A stretch of DNA of 64,000 nucleotides from Chloroflexota bacterium (GTDB taxonomy: Bacteria; Chloroflexota; UBA11872; VXOZ01). Positions 18,189 to 27,835 of this stretch are shown one piece after another (position 1 is the stretch's first letter; the number at the start of each line of letters is the position of its first letter). The position numbers were made by a program, and so were the translations under genes. The stretch is from assembly GCA_965220045.1 (NCBI GenBank), contig OZ244803.1, positions 1,601,585-1,665,584 of the forward strand, written 5' to 3'. The notes beneath the pieces were generated by a model. That model saw only the letters and a program-made list of their open reading frames with translations, did not search any database and had not been told where the DNA came from.

Positions 18189-19931
18189 ATGACGAGAAAC
18201 GACCTAGTCATCCGCGTCGCGGGTGAGGCTGGCGAAGGCATAGTCTCAACCGGACAATTGCTCACCCAGGCCGCCTTGCGGGGCGGATTTCATGTGCTTA
18301 CCTACTCTCAGCCACCGTCCGAGATCAAGGGTGGACACGCCTTCTATCAGATTAGACTTAGTGCGGATCGCTCCTACAGTAAGGGTGATTCGGTAGACAT
18401 CCTGCTCGCCTTCAACCAGGAAGCCTACGACCGCAACGCGGCGGAGACCAAAGACGACGGATTGCTGGTCTACGATCCCTCCGAGGTAACCCCGTCTGCC
18501 GACAGCCACTTTGTGCAGGTGGAGTTCCCGCTAAACGACATTGCCAAGAACCAACTCAAGTTTCCCATCGCGAAGAACGTCGTTGCCGTCGGGGCGCTGG
18601 CGGAACTCTTCGACCTGCCGACAAAGCACCTTGATTCCCTCATCGAAGAGCGGTGGTTGCGCAAGGGCGAAGCGGTTGTGCAGAAGAACCTGGACGCGCT
18701 CCGGGCCGGCATCGATTACGTCATCGAACATGTGCCGCAGCGCGATAACTTTGCGCTCTATCCGGAGAAGTCCCATGCCGGCGAGATCATGGTGAGCGGT
18801 AGCGAAGCAATCGGCCTGGGCGCCATTGCCGCCGGTTGCAGCTTCATGGCGGGGTATCCGATTACGCCTGCCAGCGACATCAAGGAGTTTCTGGAGGTAA
18901 ATCTGCCGAAGACGGGCGGTCACGCGCTGCAAGCGGAAGACGAACTTGCGGCCATCGGCATGGTGCTGGGCGCTTCCTATGCCGGCGCGAAAGCCATGAC
19001 GGCGACCTCCGGTCCCGGCTTCAGTCTGATGATTGAAATGCTCGGGCTTGCCGCGATGGCTGAACTCCCGTGCGTTATCGTTGACGCGCAACGGGCGGGA
19101 CCCTCCACCGGCATGCCGACCCGGCACGAGCAGGGCGACTTGTACCAAGCCGCCTTCGCCGGTCATGGCGAATGTCCGCGTATCGTGCTGGCGCCGACGT
19201 CGGTTAGAGACTGCTTCTATCAGACAGTCAATGCCTTCAACCTCGCCGAAAAATACCAGACGCCCGTAGTCTTGCTTGGCGACACGCTCCTCAACGTACG
19301 TGCCGAGAGTGTGCCCCGGCCAATTCTCAATGAAGTCAAGGTTGTTGATCGTCTCCTGTTCTCTGAGAACGGCAATGGAAGTATGAATGGCGAATACAAT
19401 CGCTACGTCCTTACCGAGAACGGCGTTTCGCCGATGTCCATTCCCGGCCAGGCAGGCGGTCAGTACATCGCTACCGGCCTCGAGCACAACGAAGAGGGAC
19501 TTCATCGCTATGATGAAGCAACACATACCATCATGACGCAGAAGCGGTACCGCAAACTTGAGCGCGCCGCTCTGGAGGCGCCGGAGGCTGACCGCTTTGG
19601 CGATCCCGACGCGGAGATCGGCATTCTCACGTGGGGTTCTACCGTTGGTTCCGTCATAGAGGTTATTCGCCAAGCCGAGCAGGAAGGCTTGCAACTAGAT
19701 ATGCTGGCGCCGAGAATGCTCATGCCGCTGGCGGACCATGAGGTGCGCCCCTTCATCGAGAGCAAACGCGTCATCATCATTCCGGAAGTGAATTACGTCG
19801 GTCAATTTGCCAACATCATCACGAGCCAGTACCCGCGCGAATACGTGCGGATTAACATTTTCGGCGGTATGCCGTTCCGCGTCGACTGGCTCCTGGAGAA
19901 GATTAGGGAGGAAGTGGCGCAGTATGTCTAG
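18189..19931 (+). CDS. korA: 2-oxoglutarate (2-oxoacid):ferredoxin oxidoreductase alpha subunit (fused alpha/gamma type)
   Basis: 580-aa protein. N-terminal gamma-like domain (IRVAGEAGEGIVSTGQLL) followed by an alpha domain with the GYPITPASD pyruvate:ferredoxin oxidoreductase signature. Followed by an overlapping TPP-binding beta subunit. Confidence 0.8.
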   Translation: MTRNDLVIRVAGEAGEGIVSTGQLLTQAALRGGFHVLTYSQPPSEIKGGHAFYQIRLSADRSYSKGDSVDILLAFNQEAYDRNAAETKDDGLLVYDPSEVTPSADSHFVQVEFPLNDIAKNQLKFPIAKNVVAVGALAELFDLPTKHLDSLIEERWLRKGEAVVQKNLDALRAGIDYVIEHVPQRDNFALYPEKSHAGEIMVSGSEAIGLGAIAAGCSFMAGYPITPASDIKEFLEVNLPKTGGHALQAEDELAAIGMVLGASYAGAKAMTATSGPGFSLMIEMLGLAAMAELPCVIVDAQRAGPSTGMPTRHEQGDLYQAAFAGHGECPRIVLAPTSVRDCFYQTVNAFNLAEKYQTPVVLLGDTLLNVRAESVPRPILNEVKVVDRLLFSENGNGSMNGEYNRYVLTENGVSPMSIPGQAGGQYIATGLEHNEEGLHRYDEATHTIMTQKRYRKLERAALEAPEADRFGDPDAEIGILTWGSTVGSVIEVIRQAEQEGLQLDMLAPRMLMPLADHEVRPFIESKRVIIIPEVNYVGQFANIITSQYPREYVRINIFGGMPFRVDWLLEKIREEVAQYV

Positions 19932-20790
19932 CGTGGTGACCGTAGAGCAGCGTAAGGTCAACGACTACAAGGGCGATGAACGCCCCACCTGGTGCCCGGG
20001 TTGTGGTGACTTTGGTGTTCTCAACGCCGTATTCAAGGCGTTGAGCGAGCACAATTTCGATCCCAAGAACGTGATCATCGTCTCCGGTATCGGGTGTTCC
20101 AGTCGCCTGCCGTTCTTTACCGACGCTTACGGCTTCCATACGGTGCACGGGCGCGCCATGCCCGTGGCCGCCGGTATTCGCGCGGTGCAGCCGGACATGC
20201 CGGTCTTGGCCATGGGCGGCGACGGCGACGCGTTCGCCATCGGTGTGGGACATCTCATTCACGCCATCCGGCGCAATCTCAACATCTGCTATGTGGTGAT
20301 GGACAACGCCGTGTACGGCCTCACGAAAGGCCAGACCTCTCCGACGGCGGAACGCGGTCTCGCTACGAAAGCCACACCGCAGGGCGCCAGCGATCCGGCG
20401 GTGAATCCTCTGCTTCTTGCTCTTGCCACAGGCTGCACGTTCGTGGCCCGCGGCTTTTCCAGCAAGCCGAAAGAGCTGGCCGACCTTATCGCCCGCGGCA
20501 TAGCGCACGAGGGGTTTGCCTTCATCGATACGTACAGCCCGTGCCCGACGTTCAACACGGTCAACACATTCAAATACTATCGTGACGCGACCGAAGACCT
20601 GCCGGCAGATTTCGACCCCAGCGACTTCAGTACGGCGTTGCAATATGCCGCCAGTGAAGACCCGCTCTACTTGGGACTGTACTATCAAGCGGAACAGCCA
20701 ACCTTCGAAGACCATATCAGGAACAATAAGCCGGAAATGACGAATAGCGCCATGACGGTGGTGGAGAATCTCTTCGACCAGATGAGCTAG
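19924..20790 (+). CDS. korB: 2-oxoglutarate:ferredoxin oxidoreductase beta subunit (TPP-binding)
   Basis: WCPGCGDFGVL and GIGCSSR motifs and the GGDGD TPP-binding motif. ATG overlaps the korA stop by 8 nt. The upstream track extension is an out-of-context overlap. Confidence 0.8.
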   Translation: MSSVVTVEQRKVNDYKGDERPTWCPGCGDFGVLNAVFKALSEHNFDPKNVIIVSGIGCSSRLPFFTDAYGFHTVHGRAMPVAAGIRAVQPDMPVLAMGGDGDAFAIGVGHLIHAIRRNLNICYVVMDNAVYGLTKGQTSPTAERGLATKATPQGASDPAVNPLLLALATGCTFVARGFSSKPKELADLIARGIAHEGFAFIDTYSPCPTFNTVNTFKYYRDATEDLPADFDPSDFSTALQYAASEDPLYLGLYYQAEQPTFEDHIRNNKPEMTNSAMTVVENLFDQMS

Positions 20791-20825
20791 CAACCGGTCG
20801 GCGTTTCTCGGCAATTGCATCTTTC

Positions 20826-20862
20826 AAGCGGACTCCGATTAATTGGAGTTCGCTGTTTTAAG
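20826..20862 (+). terminator. Rho-independent terminator after korAB
   Basis: GCGGACTCCGATTAATTGGAGTTCGC (13-bp stem with two G-U wobbles and a UUAA loop) followed immediately by TGTTTTAA. Confidence 0.55.
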
Positions 20863-21028
20863 CCCAGCGGCGCACGCCAAGGTCCGGCTTAACATTCAGG
20901 CCGCTTGGGCGGTATACTAGTGGCTGAGGGCTGGTAAGCCGCCAAGTCTGGAGTGCGCAAAGCGCCGTGCCTGGCGAGGCAACTATCCAGCCTATTTTGC
21001 GGCAAAGGTTGCGATAGCATCGACGCCA

Positions 21029-22747
21029 ATGCGCCGACGCTCAAGGGCAATTGCATGGGAGTCCACAATCTTGCTCGAGCATGATGTCTTAGTGGTGGGT
21101 GCCGGTCTGGCCGGTATGCAGGCCGCGTTGCACGCGGCCAAGCAAGGCGTTAGCGTTGCCATTCTCACCAAGGTACATCCCGTGCGCAGCCACTCGAATG
21201 CCGCGCAAGGCGGTATCAATGCTGCCATGGAAGAAGACGATCCCTGGGAAGACCACGCCTACGATACGGTGAAGGGCAGTGACTACCTGGGCGACCAAGA
21301 CGCCATCGAGGTGCTGTGCAGCGAAGCTCCTGAGACGATAATCGAACTTGAGCACATGGGCGTCATCTTTAATCGCGGCTCTCGCGGCCAGATCGACCTC
21401 CGCGCCTTTGGCGGCCAAGCGCGCAAGCGCACCTGCTACGTGGCGGACATTACCGGTCAGGTGATGCTTCACGTCATTTACGAGCAACTCATGAAGGCGG
21501 GAACCCAGGTCTATGAAGAGTGGTTCGTGACCTCGCTTGTCCGCCAGAATGACGCCGTCAGCGGTGTAATTGCCATGGACTTGCGCACTCGCGAGCTTCA
21601 CCTCATCAAGGCGAAAGCCGTGATTCTCTGTACCGGCGGCTCCGGCCGCGTCTACGAGCCCAGCAGCAATGCCCTCATCTGCACCGGCGACGGCTATGCG
21701 CAAGCCTACCGGGTGGGCGCGCCTCTCATGGACATGGAGATGGTGCAATACCACCCCACCACGCTGCCCGGCAACGGCGCGCTCATGACCGAGGGCGCGC
21801 GCGGTGAGGGCGCGTATCTCATCAACGCCAACGGCGACCGCTTCATGGAGCGCTACGCGCCGAATATGATGGAACTCGCTTCCAGAGACGTGGTCTCTCG
21901 CGCCGAGCAGACCGAGATCAATGAAGGACGAGACATCAACGGCTGCGTCCTGTTGGATGTCCGCCATCTCGACCGCAATACCATCATGCAGAAGCTCAGC
22001 CAAATTCGGGAGCTCGGGCTTGAATACGAAGGCATAGACATCATAGAAGAGCCCTGCCCTGTGCGGCCCGGCATGCACTATATGATGGGCGGGATCAAGA
22101 CTGACATCGAAGGGGCCACCTTCGTGAAGGGCCTCTACTCCGCTGGCGAAGCGGCCTGCGTCTCGGTACACGGCGGCAACCGTCTCGGTGCCAACTCATT
22201 GCTCGATACCCTGGTCTATGGCAAGCGGGCTGGCACGTCCGCGGTGCTCTACGCGGATAGCATCTCTTCTCCCGACATCCCGGATGCGCGTTTGGAGGAA
22301 GATCGGGAGCACATCAACGGCATCTTGTCGCGCAACGGCGAACAGGGCGAGCGCGCCGCAGCGCTCCGTCTCGCCATGGGACAGACGATGCACCAGCATG
22401 TGGGCGTCTTCCGCGATCACGCGGGTTTACAGAAGGCGCAGGGCATCATCGCCACCCTTAAAGAGCGCTATCGGAATGTCAGCGTTGACGACAAGGGCAA
22501 AGTCTTCAACACCGACGTGTTGTTCGCCCTGGAAATAGGTCTCATGCTCGACGTTGCCGAGGCAATCGTCGCAAGTGCGCTGTTCCGCACCGAGAGCAGA
22601 GGCGCCCACTATCGCACCGACTATCCCGATCGCAACGACGATGACTGGTTGAAGCACACGTTGGTCTTCCGCGAGGAAAGTGGACCGCGTCTCGAGACCC
22701 TGCCGGTCACGATCACCCAGTGGCAGCCCGCGAGGAGAACATATTAG
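21029..22747 (+). CDS. sdhA: Succinate dehydrogenase/fumarate reductase flavoprotein subunit
   Basis: DVLVVGAGLAGM FAD-binding fold, HSNAAQGGINAA (covalent FAD His region), HPTTLPG and GGNRLGANSLLD motifs. Confidence 0.85.
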   Translation: MRRRSRAIAWESTILLEHDVLVVGAGLAGMQAALHAAKQGVSVAILTKVHPVRSHSNAAQGGINAAMEEDDPWEDHAYDTVKGSDYLGDQDAIEVLCSEAPETIIELEHMGVIFNRGSRGQIDLRAFGGQARKRTCYVADITGQVMLHVIYEQLMKAGTQVYEEWFVTSLVRQNDAVSGVIAMDLRTRELHLIKAKAVILCTGGSGRVYEPSSNALICTGDGYAQAYRVGAPLMDMEMVQYHPTTLPGNGALMTEGARGEGAYLINANGDRFMERYAPNMMELASRDVVSRAEQTEINEGRDINGCVLLDVRHLDRNTIMQKLSQIRELGLEYEGIDIIEEPCPVRPGMHYMMGGIKTDIEGATFVKGLYSAGEAACVSVHGGNRLGANSLLDTLVYGKRAGTSAVLYADSISSPDIPDARLEEDREHINGILSRNGEQGERAAALRLAMGQTMHQHVGVFRDHAGLQKAQGIIATLKERYRNVSVDDKGKVFNTDVLFALEIGLMLDVAEAIVASALFRTESRGAHYRTDYPDRNDDDWLKHTLVFREESGPRLETLPVTITQWQPARRTY

Positions 22748-22928
22748 TGTTGTTTTCAGTTGGATACGGCAGATAGGAAGCCCTGGAATCCGTTGATGAG
22801 ACGCTTCATCTTGTCCCTTCTCCCTGAGGGAGAGGTTTAGAGCCTGCCCCGTACGCCGATACATAGTATCGGATGATACGGGGGTGAAGGTGAGGCATTA
22901 GAGCAGAGTAAAGTTGAAAGCGCAATAG

Positions 22929-23894
22929 ATGCAGTTCAAGCTCAACGTGCGGCGGTACGACCCGGAGGCGGAGAACCCGGCGCCCTACTGGCGTGAGTAT
23001 ACGGTCGATGTGCCCGAGAACGCCACAGTGTTGGACTGTCTCATACACGTCCGCGAGTATGTCGACGGTTCGCTGGCGGTGCGGTGCTCGTGCCGGTCTG
23101 CCATCTGCGGCTCGTGCATGATGCGCGTCAACGGCCAGGCACGCCTGGCGTGCGCTACCAAAGCCAAAGACATGCAGGACACGAACGAAACCATCACCGT
23201 TGAGCCGGGCGGCAACATGCCGGTGCTCAAAGACCTCATCGTCGACATGGATGTCTTCTGGAGCAAGATCCGCCAGGTCAAGCCCTGGCTGGAGCCGGTG
23301 CAACCGGTACCGGAGCGGGAATACCTGGTGCCCAACGAGACCATCCTTGATCTCACCGTGGCCATGAACTGCGTCATGTGCGGCGCATGTGTTTCCGACT
23401 GCACGTCACTGGAAGTGGACAAGAACTTCATCGGCCCGGCGGCGCTGGCCAAGGCGTACCGCTTTGTTGACGACCCGCGCGACGATGCCAGGGAAGAGCG
23501 GCTGCAGGATCTCAGCGACTACGGCGGCGTGTATGACTGCACTCACTGCTTCTTCTGTGTCGAAGTTTGTCCGAAAGACGTGGCGCCGCTGGAACGCATC
23601 GTGGAAATCCGCGGGCGAGCCCAAAGTGCAGGAGTTGAGAATAACGCCGGAACGCGCCACGCGAAGGCGTTTGAGGGGATCATCCGCGACAGCGGTATTC
23701 TGGACGAACCGATGTTGCTGCTGAAATCAATTGGCATGAATCCGGTCGAACAGATGAAGAATGTGCCCGGCGGCGTGCGGCTGCTGCGCGCAGGCAAGCT
23801 GCCGTTGGCATCCGGCCCATTCCATCACAAGATTCCGGGCCATGGCAACGTGAAACGCCTCTTTGATAAGGTAGAAGCTGGCCAAGAAGTGTAG
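22929..23894 (+). CDS. sdhB: Succinate dehydrogenase/fumarate reductase iron-sulfur subunit (with C-terminal extension)
   Basis: 2Fe-2S ferredoxin-like N-terminus (CRSAICGSCMMRVNG) and two Cys clusters (CVMCGACVSDC, CTHCFFCVEVCP). Confidence 0.8.
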   Translation: MQFKLNVRRYDPEAENPAPYWREYTVDVPENATVLDCLIHVREYVDGSLAVRCSCRSAICGSCMMRVNGQARLACATKAKDMQDTNETITVEPGGNMPVLKDLIVDMDVFWSKIRQVKPWLEPVQPVPEREYLVPNETILDLTVAMNCVMCGACVSDCTSLEVDKNFIGPAALAKAYRFVDDPRDDAREERLQDLSDYGGVYDCTHCFFCVEVCPKDVAPLERIVEIRGRAQSAGVENNAGTRHAKAFEGIIRDSGILDEPMLLLKSIGMNPVEQMKNVPGGVRLLRAGKLPLASGPFHHKIPGHGNVKRLFDKVEAGQEV

Positions 23895-23956
23895 ACGGTG
23901 CACGGAGCGCCGGCGGCGCAAGCAGCGCCCTGCGCTCAAGGAGTGAGGTCCTCACA

Positions 23957-24847
23957 GTGAAGTACGCCTTCTTTCCCGGTTGTGTCTCGCGCGGCGCATG
24001 CCCCGAACTCATGCAGTCTCTTACCGCCGTGGCAGACCACATCGGCATGGAACTCGAACTCATGGAGACCGCGTCCTGCACGGGAGCGGGCGTGATCAGC
24101 GAGCGCAATCAGAAGCTGGCCGATGCGCTCAACGCGCGCAACTTTGCTCTGGCCGAACAGACCGGTCTGCCGCTCTTGAATATCTGCAGCACCTGCCAGG
24201 GCGTGATGAGCGGGGTCAATGAGCGACTCAAGGCGCGGCCGGAATACCTGGCCGAGATCAACGAGGTGCTGGCCGAAGAGGGCTTGTCGTATTCCGGCAA
24301 GGCCGAGCCGCGCAACTTCATGTGGGTGTTGGTGGAAGACTTCGGCCTGGACAATCTGCGCAAGCTCGTGAAGCGGCCTTTAGCGGAATTGAACGTCGCT
24401 CCCTTCTATGGCTGCTACATCTCGCGTCCGACCGATGTCCTGGGCTACCACGACTTTCCTCAGCGCGGAGTCTACCTGGAAATGATAATAGAGGCCTGCG
24501 GCGCCACGCCGGTGGACTACTCCGGCAAGAAGAAGTGCTGCGGGTTCCCGATCATCACGATAAACCGCGAGAATTCCCTCACCATGGCCGGCAACCACGT
24601 GGGTGAAGCTACGGAGAAGGGCGCCGACTTTATGGTCACGCCCTGTCCGCTCTGCCACTTGAACCTGGACGCGCAGCAGCCTGACGCCGCGAGAGTGGTG
24701 AAGACGCCGCTCAACCTGCCGATACTCCACCTTTCCCAGCTCATCGGCATGGCGCTGGGCATTGACGACAAGTACCTCGGCCTCAATCGGCACGTCGTCT
24801 CCACCAATCCGGTGCGAGAACGGGTGCATGCGCTGCCGCTGGCGTAG
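23957..24847 (+). CDS. Heterodisulfide-reductase-B-like CCG-domain protein. Probable membrane-anchor/electron-transfer subunit of a type-E succinate dehydrogenase.
   Basis: Two cysteine-rich CCG-type repeats (FFPGCVSRGACPE...C...CTGAG and FYGCY...KKCCGFP...PCPLCHLN). Located directly downstream of sdhAB. GTG start with AAGGAGTGAGG RBS. Confidence 0.65.
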   Translation: MKYAFFPGCVSRGACPELMQSLTAVADHIGMELELMETASCTGAGVISERNQKLADALNARNFALAEQTGLPLLNICSTCQGVMSGVNERLKARPEYLAEINEVLAEEGLSYSGKAEPRNFMWVLVEDFGLDNLRKLVKRPLAELNVAPFYGCYISRPTDVLGYHDFPQRGVYLEMIIEACGATPVDYSGKKKCCGFPIITINRENSLTMAGNHVGEATEKGADFMVTPCPLCHLNLDAQQPDAARVVKTPLNLPILHLSQLIGMALGIDDKYLGLNRHVVSTNPVRERVHALPLA

Positions 24848-24919
24848 CGGCATGGAAATGGCAGTCCTAGGAGTGCCGGCGCAAACGGCATGTCACGCAG
24901 GGTTTATTCCCCACTGTGG

Positions 24920-24945
24920 ACGAGGTGGGGGCGGTTCGCGAACCG
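24920..24945. other. Perfect 22-bp palindrome GGGGCGGTTCGCGAACCGCCCC between the SDH genes and mdh
   Basis: Self-complementary over its full length and not followed by a T-tract. A second near-palindrome TTGCGCGAGCGCGCAA lies about 120 bp downstream. Confidence 0.4.
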
Positions 24946-25153
24946 CCCCTACGGCAAATCCCTGGTGGCGGGGGAATGCCGGTCTAATTTGTAGCTTAAT
25001 CCCGCAGCGCTGATGCATGCAGTCAACCGCTCAGCGCTGAATAGGCTGCTTGCATTGCGCGAGCGCGCAAACGACGCTGAAACTGGCGCAATCACAATTA
25101 TGTTACGTCACTTTAGTTTGAGTACATAGAAGGAACTTGGAGGCTCTCAATAA

Positions 25154-26080
25154 ATGCGTAAGAAGGTAACGATTGTTGGCGCCGGTCAAGTCGGCGGCTC
25201 CTGCGCCCGGCGGCTTGCCGAGCGCGACTATGCCGACATTGTACTCATAGATATCGTCGAGGGTCTGCCGCAGGGCAAGGCGCTGGACATTCAACAGGCG
25301 GCGCCAATCGTCAACTATGATTCACAAGTCACCGGCACCAACGACTACGCCGACACGGCCGGATCTGATCTCGTGGTCATCACCAGCGGCAGCCCCCGCA
25401 AACCCGGGATGAGCCGCGACGACCTGCTGGCAGTCAATCAGAAGGTCATCACCGCCGTTACCAGCGAAATCGTCAAGCACTCGCCCGAGTGCATCATTCT
25501 GGTCGTTACCAACCCGGTAGACGCCATGACGCAGCTCGCCTGGAAGGTGAGCGGTTTTCCCACGAACCGCGTCGTGGGACAGGGCGGCGTCCTTGACTCC
25601 GCGCGCTATCGCACGTTTCTCGCGCAAGAGCTCGGCGTCTCCATGCGCGACATTACCGGCTACGTGCTCGGCGGCCACGGCGACCAGATGGTGCCTCTGC
25701 CGCGCTACACCAGCGTTTCCGGTAAGCCGATCACGGACTTCATTGCGCCTGATCGCTTGGAGGAGATAATCCAGCGCACTCGCGACGGCGGCGCCGAAAT
25801 CGTCAATCTGCTGCAGCTCGGCAGCGCTTACGAAGCGCCGGGGGCCGCGCTCGTAGAGATGATAGACGCGATCCTGCTTGATCAAAAGCGCGTTTTGCCG
25901 TGTGCGGCATACCTAGAAGGCGAATACGGCATTAGCGGTGTCTACGTCGGCGTGCTCATTCAGCTCGGCGCCGGCGGCGTGGAGAGCATCGTGGAACTCG
26001 ATCTCACCGCCGAGGAGAGCGGCTTGCTCAACCAGTCTGCGGACGCCGTACGCGAGTTGGTGGATGTGATGGGCATTTAG
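25154..26080 (+). CDS. mdh: Malate dehydrogenase (LDH-like family)
   Basis: KVTIVGAGQVGG Rossmann motif, catalytic region GQGGVLDSARYRTF, GGHGDQMVP. GGAGG RBS 9 nt upstream. Confidence 0.9.
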   Translation: MRKKVTIVGAGQVGGSCARRLAERDYADIVLIDIVEGLPQGKALDIQQAAPIVNYDSQVTGTNDYADTAGSDLVVITSGSPRKPGMSRDDLLAVNQKVITAVTSEIVKHSPECIILVVTNPVDAMTQLAWKVSGFPTNRVVGQGGVLDSARYRTFLAQELGVSMRDITGYVLGGHGDQMVPLPRYTSVSGKPITDFIAPDRLEEIIQRTRDGGAEIVNLLQLGSAYEAPGAALVEMIDAILLDQKRVLPCAAYLEGEYGISGVYVGVLIQLGAGGVESIVELDLTAEESGLLNQSADAVRELVDVMGI

Positions 26081-26129
26081 GCGGCTGAATTCGCACCGGC
26101 TCTCGCTTGGATATCGCATCCCTCCCAAA

Positions 26130-26475
26130 TACCCGCTAACTCCGGTAGCGCAGGTTTGCAACCCGCGCTTACCTGGCAGAAGCGCGATACGTGCTGTGCG
26201 ACTCTCTTCTTCGACTGAACGAGGCAAGCATGCCGAATCCGGTCCTGATGGGAAACGTGGAGCTGAAGTAGACCAGAGATTGTCTCAGAAGTGCAACGCT
26301 AAGTGCTAACCTACCCTTCAACAGGCTCAGGGCGAACGTAAGTGCTAACCTGCCCTGCGACCCTTCGGCAAGCTCCGGACAGGCAGGCTCAGAGCTTGCC
26401 CCGTACTCGATACGGGGGCTAACGAAAGTGGTTGAAACCCCTTCGACAGGCTCAGGGCGAACGATACTGAGTGTA
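26130..26475. repeat. Repeat-dense convergent intergenic region: one family-B copy (CCGGTAGCGCAGGTTTGCAACCCGCGC) followed by two family-A copies
   Basis: Contains GCCCCGTACTCGATACGGGGGC, GACAGGCAGGCTCAGAGCTTGCC and CTTCGACAGGCTCAGGGCGAACG modules. No ORF of protein-like composition. Confidence 0.7.
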
Positions 26476-26555
26476 AACCGTGCGAGCGGAGTGGGCTTGA
26501 CAAATCGCCTGTCGAAGCACTAATCGGCACTTCGAGACGAGTTATTCAATAGCCC

Positions 26556-27515
26556 TTAGTGTGATGCCGTCCGCGCAACTTGCGGCGCGCCTTCAGCAAG
26601 TGAGGCGAGACGCTTACGCAAGTCCGACCGTATGCCAACAAGATCCGGTTCAAGGACAAACATCCCATCCACGAATCGGGGGTCAACCAGCCCCGACGCC
26701 TCATCGATGGCGAAAGAGCCTATATCTGCTGCATCCACGCTGCGGGCAACCCGAGCCAACTGCACAACCATCTGGACGGAGACATTGGTCTGTACCGCGT
26801 GACGGAAGTCATTGTAAAGCGCGGGAATGCGGAGTACGGTGCGCGGCGTTAGGGCTTGCGCCTTAAGCGCCTGCAGTACCTGTTGCTGGCGGTACATACG
26901 ACCGAAGTCGCCGGTAGGACTGGACTTGCGCGTCCGTGCATATTTTAACGCGGTTTCACCGTCGAGATGCTGCACGCCGGCCTTGAGCTCAAACGGTTCG
27001 TGGTTGACTCCGTCCGCCGCCGGAAACTCCATGTCCACAATGTCCGCCGGCACGTCGATGGTGACGCCGCCAAACGTATCGACAATGCGCGCAAATCCCG
27101 AGAAGTTAACTACCGCATAGTAGGGAATATCAACGTCGAGCACTTGCGCAAGCTTGGCGCGCGCAAGGTCGGCGCCGCCGTGCGCGTAGGCAGCGTTGAT
27201 GCGCTGCGGCTGAGAGAGCCCATCCAGGCTCACGCGCAAGTCTCGCGGCACAGACGTGACCAGCACGCGCTTGTGGACCGTGTCTATGCTGAGCACCACG
27301 ATGGCGTCGCTGCGACCGGAGTGCGTCTCCCACGAATCTACGCCAAGGAGGAGAATATTCACTATCTGGGATGTCTCATTGGCGCGCTCATCGCTCGGAT
27401 CCACAGCCGGATTGGGACTGGATACGCTGTTGGCCGGTGCGCATCCCACGAGTAGAACGGTCAGCAAAAAGAACAAGAGAAACTGCAACCGGCTACTCGG
27501 GCACTCCCATACCAT
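26556..27515 (-). CDS. LytR-CpsA-Psr (LCP) family cell-envelope phosphotransferase
   Basis: N-terminal signal/TM (LLFFLLTVLLVGC) and the LCP core NILLLGVDS...RSDAIVVLSID...TSVPRDL. Confidence 0.75.
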   Translation of the reverse strand: MVWECPSSRLQFLLFFLLTVLLVGCAPANSVSSPNPAVDPSDERANETSQIVNILLLGVDSWETHSGRSDAIVVLSIDTVHKRVLVTSVPRDLRVSLDGLSQPQRINAAYAHGGADLARAKLAQVLDVDIPYYAVVNFSGFARIVDTFGGVTIDVPADIVDMEFPAADGVNHEPFELKAGVQHLDGETALKYARTRKSSPTGDFGRMYRQQQVLQALKAQALTPRTVLRIPALYNDFRHAVQTNVSVQMVVQLARVARSVDAADIGSFAIDEASGLVDPRFVDGMFVLEPDLVGIRSDLRKRLASLAEGAPQVARTASH

Positions 27516-27835
27516 CCGTTGTCTTCCTCCTGCGCGCTCTGTCTGCTATGCCGGACACTCTCTCCATCATGGCCCAGCAACATGAAGAATATCTGAGAAG
27601 AGAGCGTCCCAAGGCTCCGGCATTCGCCAGCGTCAAAGCATTCGGCTCAGCTCAGCGGAACACAAGCTCCCATTGCATGGGCCAAGCAAGTTCGTCCCAT
27701 GGCGCAAGGGTCACCCTAGCACAAACGTATCATGAGAGCCAATTTCCCATTCATGGTCTCAGTGCACGCAAAGATGAAACAGTGCTTGGCTCGGAGTATG
27801 ATTGTTCTAGGTAATCAGCACATAGGAACTTCAGT

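Noticed and set aside
26080-26556. Possible CRISPR array or tRNA in the repeat-dense mdh/LCP intergenic region (also checked at 29.3-29.5 kb and 35.98-36.25 kb)
   Set aside because: Repeats are imperfect, of different lengths, partly inverted and not separated by unique spacers of constant length. No cas genes are present. No cloverleaf with GTTCGAATC-type T-loop or other tRNA hallmark is present.
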